Shown here: piece by piece, positions 41,786-52,116 of the stretch
How positions within the stretch are numbered: the stretch's first letter is position 1
Layout of the letters: every line of letters starts with the position of its first letter
From: an uncultured Acidobacteriota bacterium
Lineage (GTDB): Bacteria; Acidobacteriota; Thermoanaerobaculia; UBA5066; DATFVB01
Assembly: GCA_963813155.1 (NCBI GenBank)
Contig: CAWEYG010000006.1
Location: 96,001 to 160,000 of the forward strand
Direction: 5' to 3'
DNA: 64,000 nt
Notes under the pieces: model-generated
Seen by the model: only the letters and a program-made list of their open reading frames with translations
Databases searched by the model: none
What the model was told of the DNA's origin: nothing
Translations under genes and position numbers: made by a program

Positions 41786-42292
41786 TCACCGGTCTCCCCG
41801 CCGCATCAGGAGATAGGCGCCCGTCAGCGAGGCGAGCAGCAGGATCGAAACGGCCTCGAACGGGAGGGCGGCCCGGGAATAGAGAGCGCGGGCGAGCGGC
41901 GCGATCTCTCCGGTCGCCGGAGGAAGGCCGGACGGCCGGAACGCCGAGCCCGCCCGGCGGACCGCGCCGAGGAGAAACGCCGCGAACGCGACGATGCCGG
42001 CGAGGGAAAAGAGGCGCTGGAAGAATCGCGAGTCCCGCGCCTCCTCCTCGGTGTCGAGGTTCAGCAGCATCGTGACGAACAGGAACAGAACCAGGATCGC
42101 GCCCGCGTAGACGATGACCTGGATGACGGCGAGGAACGGCGCGGAGAGGAGCACGAAACCGGCGGCGATCGCGAAGAACGAAACGACGATCGCAAGCAGG
42201 CTCTTGATCGGGTTCCGGTGGACGACCATCACCGCGGCGAACAGGATCGCGATCGCTCCGGCGACGTCGAACGCGAAGCGCGCGGCGTTCAC
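41786..42292 (-). CDS. nuoJ: NADH-quinone oxidoreductase subunit J
   Basis: RNPIKS, QVIVYAGAILVLFLFVTMLL, PFEAVSILLL. Confidence 0.93.
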   Translation of the reverse strand: MNAARFAFDVAGAIAILFAAVMVVHRNPIKSLLAIVVSFFAIAAGFVLLSAPFLAVIQVIVYAGAILVLFLFVTMLLNLDTEEEARDSRFFQRLFSLAGIVAFAAFLLGAVRRAGSAFRPSGLPPATGEIAPLARALYSRAALPFEAVSILLLASLTGAYLLMRRGDR

Positions 42293-43342
42293 AGCGCCCC
42301 GATCCGGACGAGCAGGGCCGCCCAGAGGAGGTTCGCGAACGCGAGCGGGAGCAGTACCTTCCAGCCGACCGCCATGAGCTGGTCGTAGCGGAAGCGCGGC
42401 AGCGTCCAGCGCACCCAGATGAAGACCCACATCAGGAACGCGATCTTCGCCGCGAAAACGGCGACGGAGACGAGCGCCCCGGCGATCCCGTGCGGGTGGA
42501 AGAAGGGGATCGACCAGCCGCCGAGGTACATCGTGACGATGAACGCGGAGGCCACGGTCATCGCGACGTACTCGGCCATGAAGAAAGCGGCGAATTTGAA
42601 GGAGGAATACTCCGTGTGGTACCCGGCGACGAGCTCCGCGTCTGCCTCGGCGAGGTCGAACGGCACGCGGTTCGTCTCCGCGAACGCGGCGATCGTGAAG
42701 ATCACGAATCCGAAGAACTGCGGCACGGCGTTCCACCTCGGGAGAAATCCGAGCCAGCGGCCCTGCTGGGACGCGACGACTTCGGAGAGGCGAAACGACC
42801 CCGACGTGAGAAACACGCCGGCCGCGGCCGTCGTCATCGCGAGCTCGTAGGAGATGACCTGCGCCGCGGAGCGAAAACCGCCCATGAGCGAATACTTGTT
42901 GTTCGACGACCAGCCGGCCAGGACGATTCCGTAGACGGACAGGCCCGCCATCGCGAAGATGAAGAGCGCCCCGATCGGGACGTCGGCCCCGATCAGCTTG
43001 ATCTCGTGGCCCCGGACCGCGAACGTCGGACCGTACGGGATCACGGCGAAGCCCGACGAGGGCGGAGAACATCACGATCCACGGCGCGAGCGTGTAGAGC
43101 AGGACGTCGACGTTGTCCGGAGTCACGTCCTCCTTGAAGAAGAATTTCAGCGCGTCGGCGAGGGGTTGCCCGAGCCCGAACGCGCTCCAGCCGAAAAACC
43201 CGACCCGGTTCGGCCCGGGCCGGTCCTGGATCAGGCCCGCGCCGCGCCGCTCGACCCACAGGATGATCGGCACGAGAAGGAGAGTCGCGAGGACCGGCGC
43301 GAGCGGCCGGACGGCCAGGATGATCCAGTCGATGGGCGTCAC
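42289..43342 (-). CDS. nuoH: NADH-quinone oxidoreductase subunit H; frameshift near 43060
   Basis: ERR...QDRPGPNRVG, QPLADALK, SNNKYSL, AETNRVPFDL, RFRYDQLM. Confidence 0.95.
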
Positions 43343-44973
43343 AGCCCGCCCACCGAGACGAAGAGGCCCTTCTTCATCGTGGAACCGCCCTCCAGCTCCC
43401 GGAAATCGAGGTCCGAGTAGGCGGGGACGTCCGCCGCGATTTCCGCGAAGATCGTCAGGGGATTCCATTCGGGGTTTCCGAAGCCGAGCCGCGTTCCCAG
43501 CAGCAGGAGGATCTCCCAGTCCGCCTTGACGGGGGGCTTCGGGAGCATCGCGCGCTCGAAACGCTGCACGCGGTCGAACCGGCTCGTGAACGTCCCGTCC
43601 TTCTGGGCGAGCGACGCGCACGGCAGGACGACGTCAGCCGCGCGCGTCAGGGCGTTTTCCGTCCGGGCGTGCACGATCAGCCACTTTGCCTTGCGAAGGA
43701 TCGCGACTTTTTCCGGGTCGTCCGCGATGCGCGAGAACGCCGCGTCGGAGACGTAGACGATCTCGGGCTCGAACTTCCCGGCCCACAGATCCGCGAGCGT
43801 CCGGCCCCCGGGCCCCGGGCCGACGCCCATCTCCCGCGCGCCGCGTTCGTTCGGGGAGGTCGTGCCCGAGCTTTCGATCCATCCGCTCTTCGACGGCATG
43901 CGCCGCACGCGGTCGGCGTCGGCCGTCACGTCCAGGTTCGGAACGCTCAGCGTGTCGCGGAAGATCTTCCGCAGCAGCCAGTTCTCCTCGTTCGAGAGGT
44001 TCGCCGACCCGAGCGCGAAGATCGCCTGCGGGCCCGTCTCCGCGATCGTCTTCTTGATTTCCGCGGCAACGCGGTCGAGGACGACGTCCCACGTCGCCGG
44101 ATTCTGCTCCCCGTTCTCCCGGAGGAGAGGCCGCGAATACGCCCGCTCGTTCAGCGACTCGGAAAGGAATCTTCCGTAGTCGCAGAGCCAGTAGTCGTTG
44201 ACCTCGGGGTTGAGCCGCGGCATGTAGCGGAAAACGGTCTCGCCGCGCGATTCGACCGAGTTGTTGCACCCGATGTCGCACCCGGGGCAGACGGAAGGCG
44301 TTTTCTTGAGGTACCAGACTCGCTGGCGGAAGCGGAAGTCCTCGACGGTGAGCGCGCCGACGGGACAGACGTCCGCCGCGCAGGCCGACCAGTCGTTGTC
44401 GAGCTCGCGGCCCTCGTGCGTCCAGACGAGCGTCTGGCCGGCCCGGTCGAGGAACGTCAGCTCCGAGGTCTTCGAGATCTCCTGCGTGAACCGGATGCAG
44501 CGCGTGCAGAGGATGCAGCGGGTCATGTCCGCGATGACGCGGGGGCCGATCTTCGTGCGGGAATAGCCCTCGTACTGCTTCTTGCGCTCGTCGTAGCGGG
44601 AAGCCTGGAACCCGTACCCGAAGGAGTTGTCCTGCAGCTTGCACTCGCCGGCCTGGTCGCAGATCGGGCAGTCGAGCGGATGGTTGATGAGGAGGAACTC
44701 CATGGTCGCCTTCTGGGCCTCTTTCGTCTTCTCCGATGCGGTCTTCACGACCATGCCGTCCTTGATCGGCGTCGTGCAGGCGGCCTGGATCTTCGGCATG
44801 CCGTCGACCTCGACGAGGCACATCCGGCACTGGCCCACGACGGAAAAGCGCGGGTGGTAGCAGAAGTGGGGGATCTCGATCCCGGCCATCTTCGCCGCTT
44901 CGATCATGTTCGTGCCGTCGGGGACCTCGACGGTCGTCGTGGCCTTGTCCTGAAACGTGATTTTCACAGGCAT
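43339..44973 (-). CDS. nuoG: NADH-quinone oxidoreductase subunit G (short form)
   Basis: FCYHP, CRMCLV, HPLDCPICDQAGECKLQ, CILCTRC, CPVGAL, CPGCDIGC. Confidence 0.93.
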   Translation of the reverse strand: MPVKITFQDKATTTVEVPDGTNMIEAAKMAGIEIPHFCYHPRFSVVGQCRMCLVEVDGMPKIQAACTTPIKDGMVVKTASEKTKEAQKATMEFLLINHPLDCPICDQAGECKLQDNSFGYGFQASRYDERKKQYEGYSRTKIGPRVIADMTRCILCTRCIRFTQEISKTSELTFLDRAGQTLVWTHEGRELDNDWSACAADVCPVGALTVEDFRFRQRVWYLKKTPSVCPGCDIGCNNSVESRGETVFRYMPRLNPEVNDYWLCDYGRFLSESLNERAYSRPLLRENGEQNPATWDVVLDRVAAEIKKTIAETGPQAIFALGSANLSNEENWLLRKIFRDTLSVPNLDVTADADRVRRMPSKSGWIESSGTTSPNERGAREMGVGPGPGGRTLADLWAGKFEPEIVYVSDAAFSRIADDPEKVAILRKAKWLIVHARTENALTRAADVVLPCASLAQKDGTFTSRFDRVQRFERAMLPKPPVKADWEILLLLGTRLGFGNPEWNPLTIFAEIAADVPAYSDLDFRELEGGSTMKKGLFVSVGGL

Positions 44974-44983
44974 GAGGCAAGCC

Positions 44984-45119
44984 TCGCTCGACCAGGGCGG
45001 GTCCTGTCACAGGGCTCGCTCCGCTTTTCCGCTCGCCGCGAGCCAGAAGACTTTGCTACACCCGCGCCGCGAGCGGCAAAAGGGAGTCTCGCCCCGCGCC
45101 ACCCGCCCCGGCGAGCGAA
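44984..45119. repeat. Long imperfect hairpin element, inner module A, filling the nuoF-nuoG spacer
   Basis: GCGGGTCCTGTC...CCGCTTTTCCGCTCGC..GACTTTGCTAC..GCGAGCGGCAAAAGGG...CCACCCGC, also at 59897-60007; TCGCTCG/CGAGCGA ends. Confidence 0.85.
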
Positions 45120-45124
45120 CCCCC

Positions 45125-46409
45125 TCATGCCACCGCCCCGGCGCGACAGCCCGCGTTGGCGACGTGCGCTTCGTACTCGCCGCGGAATTTCGGGATCGTC
45201 GACAGGACGTGTCCGACGGCCGCGTCGGCGAAGACGCACAGGGTCATTCCGTTGTTCATCTGCTTCGCCATCGACAGCAGCAGGTCGATGTCTTCGGAGC
45301 GGCCCTCGCCCCCCTCGAGGCGCGTCAGCACCTTGAGGAGCCAGGGGCAGCCCTCGCGGCACGGGGTGCACTGGCCGCAGGACTCGTGGGCGAAGAATTT
45401 CGCGAGGTTCTTCGCCGCGCGGACGATGCAGGTGTCCTCGTTCATCACGACGATCGCGGCCGATCCGAGCATCGAGCCCTTCGCGGCCACTCCGTCGAAG
45501 TCGAGAGGGCAGTCCTCGATCTCGGCGGCCGTCAGCATCGCGGCGGAGGCGCCGCCGGGAATGACCGCCTTGACCTTGCGGCCTCCGGCCATGCCGCGCC
45601 CGAAATCGGAGCCGAAAATCAGGTCTTTCAGCTGCAGGCCCATCGGCGCCTCGTACACGCCCGGGCGGTTGACGTGCCCCGAGAGGCAGTAGAGCTTGGG
45701 CCCGGTGTTCTTTTCGTTGCGCCCGATCTTCGCGAACCATTCCGCGCCGCGATTCAGGATGAACGGAACGCACGCGATCGTCTCGACGTTGTTGACGATC
45801 GTGGGGCACGCGAACGCTCCGGAGACGGCCGGGAACGGCGGCTTGACGCGCGGCTGGCCGCGTTTCCCTTCGAGCGATTCCAGAAGAGCCGTTTCTTCTC
45901 CGCAGATGTACGCTCCGGCGCCCCGGTGAACGTAGATGTCGAGGCCGGCCTCTCCGCCGAGCAACCCGGCCTCCACGGCCTCCCGGATCGCCTCGTCCAG
46001 GATTCTTGCGCCGTCCCAGAACTCGCCGCGGATGTAGATGTACGCCGTGCGGCACCGGATCGCGTACGCCGCGATCGCCATTCCCTCGAGGACCAGGTGC
46101 GGGTCCTGCTCGATCAGGAGCCGGTCCTTGAACGTGCCGGGCTCCGATTCGTCGGCGTTCAGCACGAGATAGACCGGCTTCCCCTTCGTGTCCTTCGGGA
46201 TGAACGACCATTTGACGCCGGTCGGAAAGCCCGCTCCGCCGCGTCCCGCGAAGGCCGGACTTCTTGACTGTTTCGACGATCTCGTTCGGGTCGGGCTTTT
46301 CGCGCAGGATCTTCTTCCAGGCCTCGTATCCTCCGTCGCGGACGTAGGTCTGGATCGACCGGGAGTTCTCGCGGCCGACGCGCGCCAGAAGCACTTTTTC
46401 GTAGGGCAT
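45125..46409 (-). CDS. nuoF: NADH-quinone oxidoreductase subunit F; frameshift near 46245
   Basis: SGLRG.GGAGFP, NADESEPGTFKD, GAGAYICGEETAL, ESCGQCTPCREG. Confidence 0.95.
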
Positions 46410-46936
46410 CAGGCCTTCGTCGCGAGAGCGTCGCGGCGTTCGAGCAGCTCGTCGAGCTTCTCGGCCGTCATCGGCTCGTGGTACGCGTCGTTGACCTGCA
46501 TCGAGGGCGCGCGATCGCATCCCGCGATGCACTCGACCTCGGTGATCGTGAACTTTCCGTCGGGCGTCGTCTGGCCGACTCCGACTCCGAGCTTCTTCTC
46601 GCAATGCGCGAGCAGTCCGTCCGCGCCGTTCAGGTGGCACGAGATCGACGTGCAGAACTGCAGGTCGTACCTGCCGATCGGGTGCAGGCTGTACATCGTG
46701 TAGAACGTCAGCACGCCGTCGATGTACGCCTCCGAGAGCTCCAGCACGCGCGCCACTTCCGCGACGGCCTCGGCCGGGACCCACCGCATCCGTTCCTGGA
46801 CGATCCAGAGGACGGGAAGGAGCGCGGCGCGCTTGGTGGGGTAGCGCCGGAGCAGCGACTCGATCTCGCGCGACTCCGCTTCGGTGAACGCGAACGCCTG
46901 CCCCGAGGCTCGCGACGCATAGCGCAGCTCTTTCAC
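46409..46936 (-). CDS. nuoE: NADH-quinone oxidoreductase subunit E
   Basis: TFYTMY, CTSISC, ECIAGCDRAP. Confidence 0.95.
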   Translation of the reverse strand: MKELRYASRASGQAFAFTEAESREIESLLRRYPTKRAALLPVLWIVQERMRWVPAEAVAEVARVLELSEAYIDGVLTFYTMYSLHPIGRYDLQFCTSISCHLNGADGLLAHCEKKLGVGVGQTTPDGKFTITEVECIAGCDRAPSMQVNDAYHEPMTAEKLDELLERRDALATKA

Positions 46937-46967
46937 GAGCGGAGCTCCTTCATTCAGTCAAGCTCCT

Positions 46968-47318
46968 TCACCAGTCCAACGCGCCCTTCTTCCAGATGTA
47001 GGCGTATCCGACGCCGAGCGTCGCGAGGAAGACGAGCATTTCGCCGAACAGCGCCCACCCGGCCGAGCGGAACAGGATCGCCCAGGGGTAGACGAACGCG
47101 ATTTCCACGTCGAACAGGATGAACACCATCGCGACGACCGCGAATTTGACCGAGATCCGTTTGCGCGACTTGTCGAGGAGGGGCATCCCGCATTCGTAAG
47201 TCGAGAGCTTGCGACGGGTTCGCACTTGCCGGCCGAGGAGGGCCGAAATCGTCAGCAGCGCCGTCCCCACGACAGCCGCGAAGCCCATCAGAATCAGGAT
47301 CGGGACGTATTCGAGCAT
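46968..47318 (-). CDS. nuoA: NADH-quinone oxidoreductase subunit A
   Basis: YECG, FILFDVE, YPWA, WKKGALDW. Confidence 0.95.
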   Translation of the reverse strand: MLEYVPILILMGFAAVVGTALLTISALLGRQVRTRRKLSTYECGMPLLDKSRKRISVKFAVVAMVFILFDVEIAFVYPWAILFRSAGWALFGEMLVFLATLGVGYAYIWKKGALDW

Positions 47319-47323
47319 CCGAC

Positions 47324-47343
47324 CTCGTGAAAAATTTCACGAG
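47324..47343. promoter_or_regulatory. Rex operator-like palindrome CTCGTGAA-AAAT-TTCACGAG overlapping the nuoA leader and SD
   Basis: Perfect 8 bp arms around an AT-only 4 bp spacer, like the Rex consensus TTGTGAAnnnnTTCACAA; rex ends this operon. Confidence 0.85.
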
Positions 47344-47344
47344 G

Positions 47345-47373
47345 AGTCTATCGGGCGGTCAGAGGGGAGTCAA
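47345..47373 (-). promoter_or_regulatory. Sigma70-type promoter of the nuo operon (TTGACT-17bp-TAGACT)
   Basis: Minus strand ttgact cccctctgaccgcccga tagact, immediately followed by the Rex box. Confidence 0.8.
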
Positions 47374-48314
47374 TGCGCCGAAGTCGGCGCGGAGCGAACC
47401 GGGATCGGAACATTGCAGAGCTCGACGTAGCCCGCCGAAGACGCGAACCAGCTCTCCCTCCGGTTGCGCCGTGACTCCACGAGCGCCGCGAACGCGGGCG
47501 TGTCGGTCCGGAAGACCTCCAGGTCCGCGCGGCTCGCGGCGGGCAGGTCGGCGGCGACCCGGATCGAGCGAATCGGCGCCCTCGATTCCCCCTTCTCGTA
47601 GAAGCCGAGAGCGCCGGACCCGCGCGGGATCGTCGAGAGGAGCTCCATTCCCCGAAGGACGCGGCCGACGAGCGCGACGTTTCGGTCGAGGTGCCTCGGC
47701 GCGTTTCCGATGACGACGTAGATTTCGGCCCCGTTCCCCGACTCCGGGTCGTCTCCCCGCCCGACGCCGACCATTCCATAGCAGTGCGCGGCCCAGGCCG
47801 CTCCGGTCTTCGGGTCCCGGGCGGCGGGAAAGCCCCCCGAGAAGCCCGCCTCGGGCGCGTAGCCGTCGGAATCGGAAAGCCGGGTGAACGCGAGGCCCGC
47901 CGCCGGCCGCGTGAACTCCGCCGGGAGTTTTTCCCGGGCGGGAGCGATCGGCCGCGCCTTCGCGCCCGGTCCTCCCTCGGCCCGGTTGTCCGCATCCGGG
48001 TCTCCCCACTGCACCACGTAGTTGTCCTGCGAGCGGAGGAACGCGAGGCCGTCGAAATACTTCGCGCGGACGAGCTTCTTGATGTTCGCGACGTGCTCCG
48101 GGGCAAAGGCCGGTGCGAGCTCGATCACGACGCGGCCGGAAGAGAGCTCGAGGTAGAGCTCGTTTTCCGGGTCGACCGGCCGCCAGTCCGCCGGCCTGGA
48201 AGCGGCGAGGACATCCGCCATCGTCGGCGGAGGGGCGGCCGCGGCCCGAACGGCGCCCGGGACGGCGAGCAGGGGACAGAGGGCGCCGAGGATCGAACGC
48301 GCGAGCTTCTTCAT
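47370..48314 (-). CDS. Secreted cyclophilin-type peptidylprolyl isomerase
   Basis: Signal peptide; [40 protein letters not shown]. Confidence 0.85.
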   Translation of the reverse strand: MKKLARSILGALCPLLAVPGAVRAAAAPPPTMADVLAASRPADWRPVDPENELYLELSSGRVVIELAPAFAPEHVANIKKLVRAKYFDGLAFLRSQDNYVVQWGDPDADNRAEGGPGAKARPIAPAREKLPAEFTRPAAGLAFTRLSDSDGYAPEAGFSGGFPAARDPKTGAAWAAHCYGMVGVGRGDDPESGNGAEIYVVIGNAPRHLDRNVALVGRVLRGMELLSTIPRGSGALGFYEKGESRAPIRSIRVAADLPAASRADLEVFRTDTPAFAALVESRRNRRESWFASSAGYVELCNVPIPVRSAPTSAH

Positions 48315-49498
48315 GGCTTCGAATCGTATCCGTGTTCGCGCCTCCACAGCTCGCAGAATTCGATTCGGTGGCGCAGCGAGGGATGCGTGTAGAGCCAGAA
48401 CTCGACGAACGGGGGAGGGTCGTACTCCGAGAGGTCCACGGTGTTGAACTTCCGGAGCCCCGATTCCGCCGCGTCCGGGTCGCGGACGACGTCGAGCCCG
48501 AAAGCGTCGGCCTCGTGCTCGATCCTTCGCGAATACCCGTCTCCGACCGGCGTCGAGAGAAAGGAGAAGGCCGAGACGATCAGGATCGCGAGCGGCAGCC
48601 CGGCGGGGTCCGAGATCTCGAGCTTCGTCAGCCGGGGGTAGAGAAAATGGACGAGCCAGCAGGCCGCGAAAATGCCGAGGGAAGCGAGCGCGATCCCCTT
48701 CCCGACGTGGTGGAGCGCGTAGTGGCCCATCTCGTGTCCCATCGTCGCGACGACCTCGCGCGGCGTCTCGGACTTCAGGAGCGTGTCGTAAATGACGATG
48801 CGCCGCGTGCCGAGCAGTCCCGCGACGTACGCGTTCGTATGCGACGACCGGCGGCTTGCGTCGACGACGAAGACGTCGTTCGCCGGGATTCCCTGCGAGC
48901 GCGCGAGGTCGAGCAGGCGCGTCCGGAGGTCTCCCGCGGGAAGCGGGGTGAATTTGTTGAACAGCGGCGCGAGGAAAACCGGCTCGACGGCGACCGTCGC
49001 GACGAGAAAAGCGATCGCGACGCCGGCGGCGATCAGCCAGTAGCGGCGGGGGAACCGGCGCGCGACCGCGTACAGCAGCGTGATCAGCAGGCCGCCGACC
49101 ACGAGGCCGATCCCGAGCCCCTTCGCCCAGTCTCCAAGCCACTGAAAGACGCTCTGGTGGGAAAACCCGTAGCGTTTCTCGCGAAAATAACTGCGATAAA
49201 TGTGGAGGGGGAACGACGCGAGCGAGACGAAGATCGTGAAGATCGTCGCGGTCAGAAAGACGGTCCGGTTCGCGCCGCGGCCGGCCTTTCGGCCCCAGTC
49301 CCGGAACTTCACGCAGAGGCCCGACGCCGCGATCACGCCAAGAAGCGCGAAGCTCCACGCCTCGCCCGCAAAGTAGAGCGCATAGTTTCCGCGGGAGTAG
49401 CGTTTCGCGAGGTCCTGGCCGGAGTCCGGCTCCGGCGGAGTCGACGCCGAAGCCGAGATCGCGAGCAGGAGCAGGAGGGCGCCGAAAGCGAGTTTCAT
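48311..49498 (-). CDS. M48 family (Ste24-like) zinc metalloprotease
   Basis: PLFNKF, DASRRS, NAYVAG, YDTLL, HEMGH, EADAF, THPS. Confidence 0.92.
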   Translation of the reverse strand: MKLAFGALLLLLAISASASTPPEPDSGQDLAKRYSRGNYALYFAGEAWSFALLGVIAASGLCVKFRDWGRKAGRGANRTVFLTATIFTIFVSLASFPLHIYRSYFREKRYGFSHQSVFQWLGDWAKGLGIGLVVGGLLITLLYAVARRFPRRYWLIAAGVAIAFLVATVAVEPVFLAPLFNKFTPLPAGDLRTRLLDLARSQGIPANDVFVVDASRRSSHTNAYVAGLLGTRRIVIYDTLLKSETPREVVATMGHEMGHYALHHVGKGIALASLGIFAACWLVHFLYPRLTKLEISDPAGLPLAILIVSAFSFLSTPVGDGYSRRIEHEADAFGLDVVRDPDAAESGLRKFNTVDLSEYDPPPFVEFWLYTHPSLRHRIEFCELWRREHGYDSKP

Positions 49499-49614
49499 GC
49501 AGGGCATTCTAAGACTCGCTCGCCACGTCGCGGCCTGGCCCCCGGGGTCGCGGAGCTTCGGAGCCTCCCTCGAGGATGCGCTTCGGGAGGTGGCTCGCTC
49601 CTTTGGGAGTCGAA

Positions 49615-49755
49615 TTCGCTCAGCCCGAATCGCGGCAAGCCCCAGCACCGGCTCGGCAAGTCTCTTCGACCCTCGGCCGCAGTTCGCTTTCCCTCGGGAT
49701 CTCAGAGACCAGCCTGCGCCGGCGCGTTGGCCCCACCGCTCTCGGGCTGAGCGAA
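49615..49755. repeat. Long imperfect hairpin element, inner module B
   Basis: 14 bp inverted repeat TTCGCTCAGCCCGA/TCGGGCTGAGCGAA enclosing GCTCGGCAAGTCTCT..ACCCTCGGCCGCAGTTCGCTTTCCCTCGGG..AGAGACCAGCCTGCGC; inverted copy at 56141-56210. Confidence 0.85.
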
Positions 49756-49868
49756 GCGCATCCGGCGCAAGAGCACGGCGTCGACGCTCGCTCGCCATAT
49801 AACGTGGACAAAACTTCAGTGCCGCATGAACCCAATCTGCGGAGTCACGGGCGCCTGGCCACTCGCTT

Positions 49869-50210
49869 CTAGAGCCCCATCAGAATTCGAAGGACGTCTT
49901 CCACGATTCTCATCCGGTCGGGGCGAATCACCCCGAGTTTCCTGGCGAAACGGTTCTTCGAGATCGACCGGACAGCTTCGCAGAGGGCGGCGCTCTCCTT
50001 CTCGAGCCCGCCCTCGAATCTGGGAATGCGAATCTGTGAAGGAATCGGTCGAAGCCTCGAAGTGATCGGGATGACGATGCAAAGATCGGCGGGGCCGTCA
50101 TTGAAGATGTCCTCAGAGACGACGAGCGCGGGCCGCTGGCCCGCCTGTTCATGCCCGCGAGTTGGATTGAGATCGACGAGCCAGACTTCGCCGCGATGGG
50201 GAGCGATCAC
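49869..50210 (-). CDS. PemK/MazF family toxin
   Basis: RGEVWLVDLNPTRGHEQAGQRPALVVS, IPITS; GTG overlaps the antitoxin stop. Confidence 0.92.
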   Translation of the reverse strand: MIAPHRGEVWLVDLNPTRGHEQAGQRPALVVSEDIFNDGPADLCIVIPITSRLRPIPSQIRIPRFEGGLEKESAALCEAVRSISKNRFARKLGVIRPDRMRIVEDVLRILMGL

Positions 50211-50491
50211 GAGCGCTTCCGGCGTGGCTTGAGCGTCTTTCGCCTGGCTCCTGTGAGTCCATCGAGGTTCGTCGAGTTCCATTCGGCGTTTTCAGCGACG
50301 AACGAAGGGGCTTCGGTCCGGTCGCGGCGCGCAGCGGCATAGCCTGTATTGACGTCCTGAAGGAACCGGCGGCGTCGGTGCTCCTCGAGTGCCTCTTCGA
50401 GAACGGCCTGCATGGGTCGCTCTTCCTTTTTCGCGAGGCGCTTGAGCAACGCGTGGGCGGATTCGGTGATTCTCACCGTGGTCTGGCTCAT
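50207..50491 (-). CDS. Ribbon-helix-helix antitoxin
   Basis: TTVRITESAHALLKRLA...MQAVLEEALEEHRRRRFL, acidic C-terminal W...DGL. Confidence 0.85.
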   Translation of the reverse strand: MSQTTVRITESAHALLKRLAKKEERPMQAVLEEALEEHRRRRFLQDVNTGYAAARRDRTEAPSFVAENAEWNSTNLDGLTGARRKTLKPRRKRS

Positions 50492-50580
50492 CGGCGGTTA
50501 CTCCTGTCTACAGATCAGTATACACCTTCCTTGGGGATGCTCGAGGCGCTCCTCAGGGCGCGAAGTAGAATCGCGTCCGC

Positions 50581-51264
50581 ATGCCCGAACCGCCGTTCCG
50601 CGCCGCGGCCCTCATCCCCGCCTACGAGTGCGAGGCGACGATTTTCGACGTCGTTTCGGCGGCGCGCCGCCATCTCGACACCGTGTGCGTCGTCGACGAC
50701 GGCTCGCGCGACGAAACCGCGGCCGAAGCGGCCCGCGCCGGGGCGTGCGTCCTCGCGCGGGCGGGCAACGGCGGGAAGGGCTCCGCGATCCGGTCCGGCC
50801 TCGGTTCGGTGCTCAAGATCCCGGGCCTCACGCACGTGCTCTTCCTCGACGGCGACGGCCAGCACGATCCCGAGGAAGCGCCGAAGTTCCTCGACGCCGG
50901 CCGCCGCGGCGAGCGCTTCGTGATCGGCTCGCGGATGGCGGAGCGGGAGTCGATCCCCGCCTACCGCTACGAGACGAATCGGATCGGCGACATGATCCTT
51001 TCCCGCATGACGGGCCTGCCGGTCGAAGATGGCCAGTCGGGATATCGGCTCGTCGACGCGACCCTGCTTCGGCGGATCCGGCTGAGATCCTCGGGGTATC
51101 TGATCGAGACGGAGATGCTGTTGAAGGCGGCCCCGCGGGTTTCGCGCTTCGCGACGGTGCCGATCCGCGCGATTTACGGGGGAACTTCGCACTACCGTCC
51201 CTTTCGCGACACGTGGAAGATCTCCTGGGGGGCGGTGTTCATCCAGGTGTTCGAGCTTTCGTGA
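50581..51264 (+). CDS. Glycosyltransferase family 2 (DPM-synthase-like)
   Basis: IPAY, VVDDGSRD, GKG, DGDGQHDP, IGSR, DGQSGYR. Confidence 0.9.
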   Translation: MPEPPFRAAALIPAYECEATIFDVVSAARRHLDTVCVVDDGSRDETAAEAARAGACVLARAGNGGKGSAIRSGLGSVLKIPGLTHVLFLDGDGQHDPEEAPKFLDAGRRGERFVIGSRMAERESIPAYRYETNRIGDMILSRMTGLPVEDGQSGYRLVDATLLRRIRLRSSGYLIETEMLLKAAPRVSRFATVPIRAIYGGTSHYRPFRDTWKISWGAVFIQVFELS

Positions 51265-52116
51265 GCCCGGACATCTCGCGGGCGAGGTTCGAGACTCCTC
51301 CGTCGATCCTCACGATCGACCTGGAAGAGTGGTTCTGCGTGTGTGGCGACGACTACTTCGGCGACGCGCGAAGGTGGGGTCGCTTCGAATCGCGCGTCGT
51401 CGGGGTGACGGAAGCGCTTCTGGAGCGGCTCGCGCGCGGAGGCCACCGCGCGACGTTCTTCGTCCTGGGCTGGGTCGCGGGGAAATACCCGGATCTCGTT
51501 CGGTCGGTCGCCCGCGCGGGGCACGAGGTCGCATTCCACGGGATGGAGCATCGCCGATGCACCGAGATGACGGAGGATCAGTTCCGTGCCGACCTGCGCG
51601 CGGGACGGGCTCTCCTGGAGCCCCTGGCCGGAAAAAAGCTTCTCGGGTTTCGCGCGCCGGAGTGGTCGATCCGCAGCCTGTCGGCGCCCGCTCTTCGAGT
51701 GCTCGCGGAGGAAGGATTCCGCTACGATTCTTCCGTCACGCCGGTGCCGCTGATCGGCCGCCTCGACAACGACCCGTATCCGTCGGCCGTCGTCTTCGAA
51801 GGCGGCGCCCGCCTCCTGGAGTTTCCGCCCCTTTCCGGAAGGGCGTATTTCACGACGGTCCTGATCGGCGGCTCGTGGGCCTTTCGAAGCGTCCCGTTCC
51901 GGCTCGTTCGGAAGAACGCCGACCGTTTTCGGGCCGCCGGCGCGCCCCCGATTTTCACGTTTCACCCGTGGGAGCTCGACGAGAGCCCTCCGGCGCTGAC
52001 GGGCCTGCCGGCGCTTTCCCGGCTCGCGCACTTCGGGACGTGGGTCAACCTCCGGAAGACGATTCGATCGGCTCCTCGGCCTCGGGAAGATGGTCCCGAT
52101 TTCGGAGCTGCTGTGA
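51261..52116 (+). CDS. Polysaccharide deacetylase (DUF3473-type); frameshift near 52060
   Basis: TIDLEEWF, ATFFVLGWVA, HEVAFHGMEH, GFRAPEWS, YDSS, FHPWELD. Confidence 0.85.
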
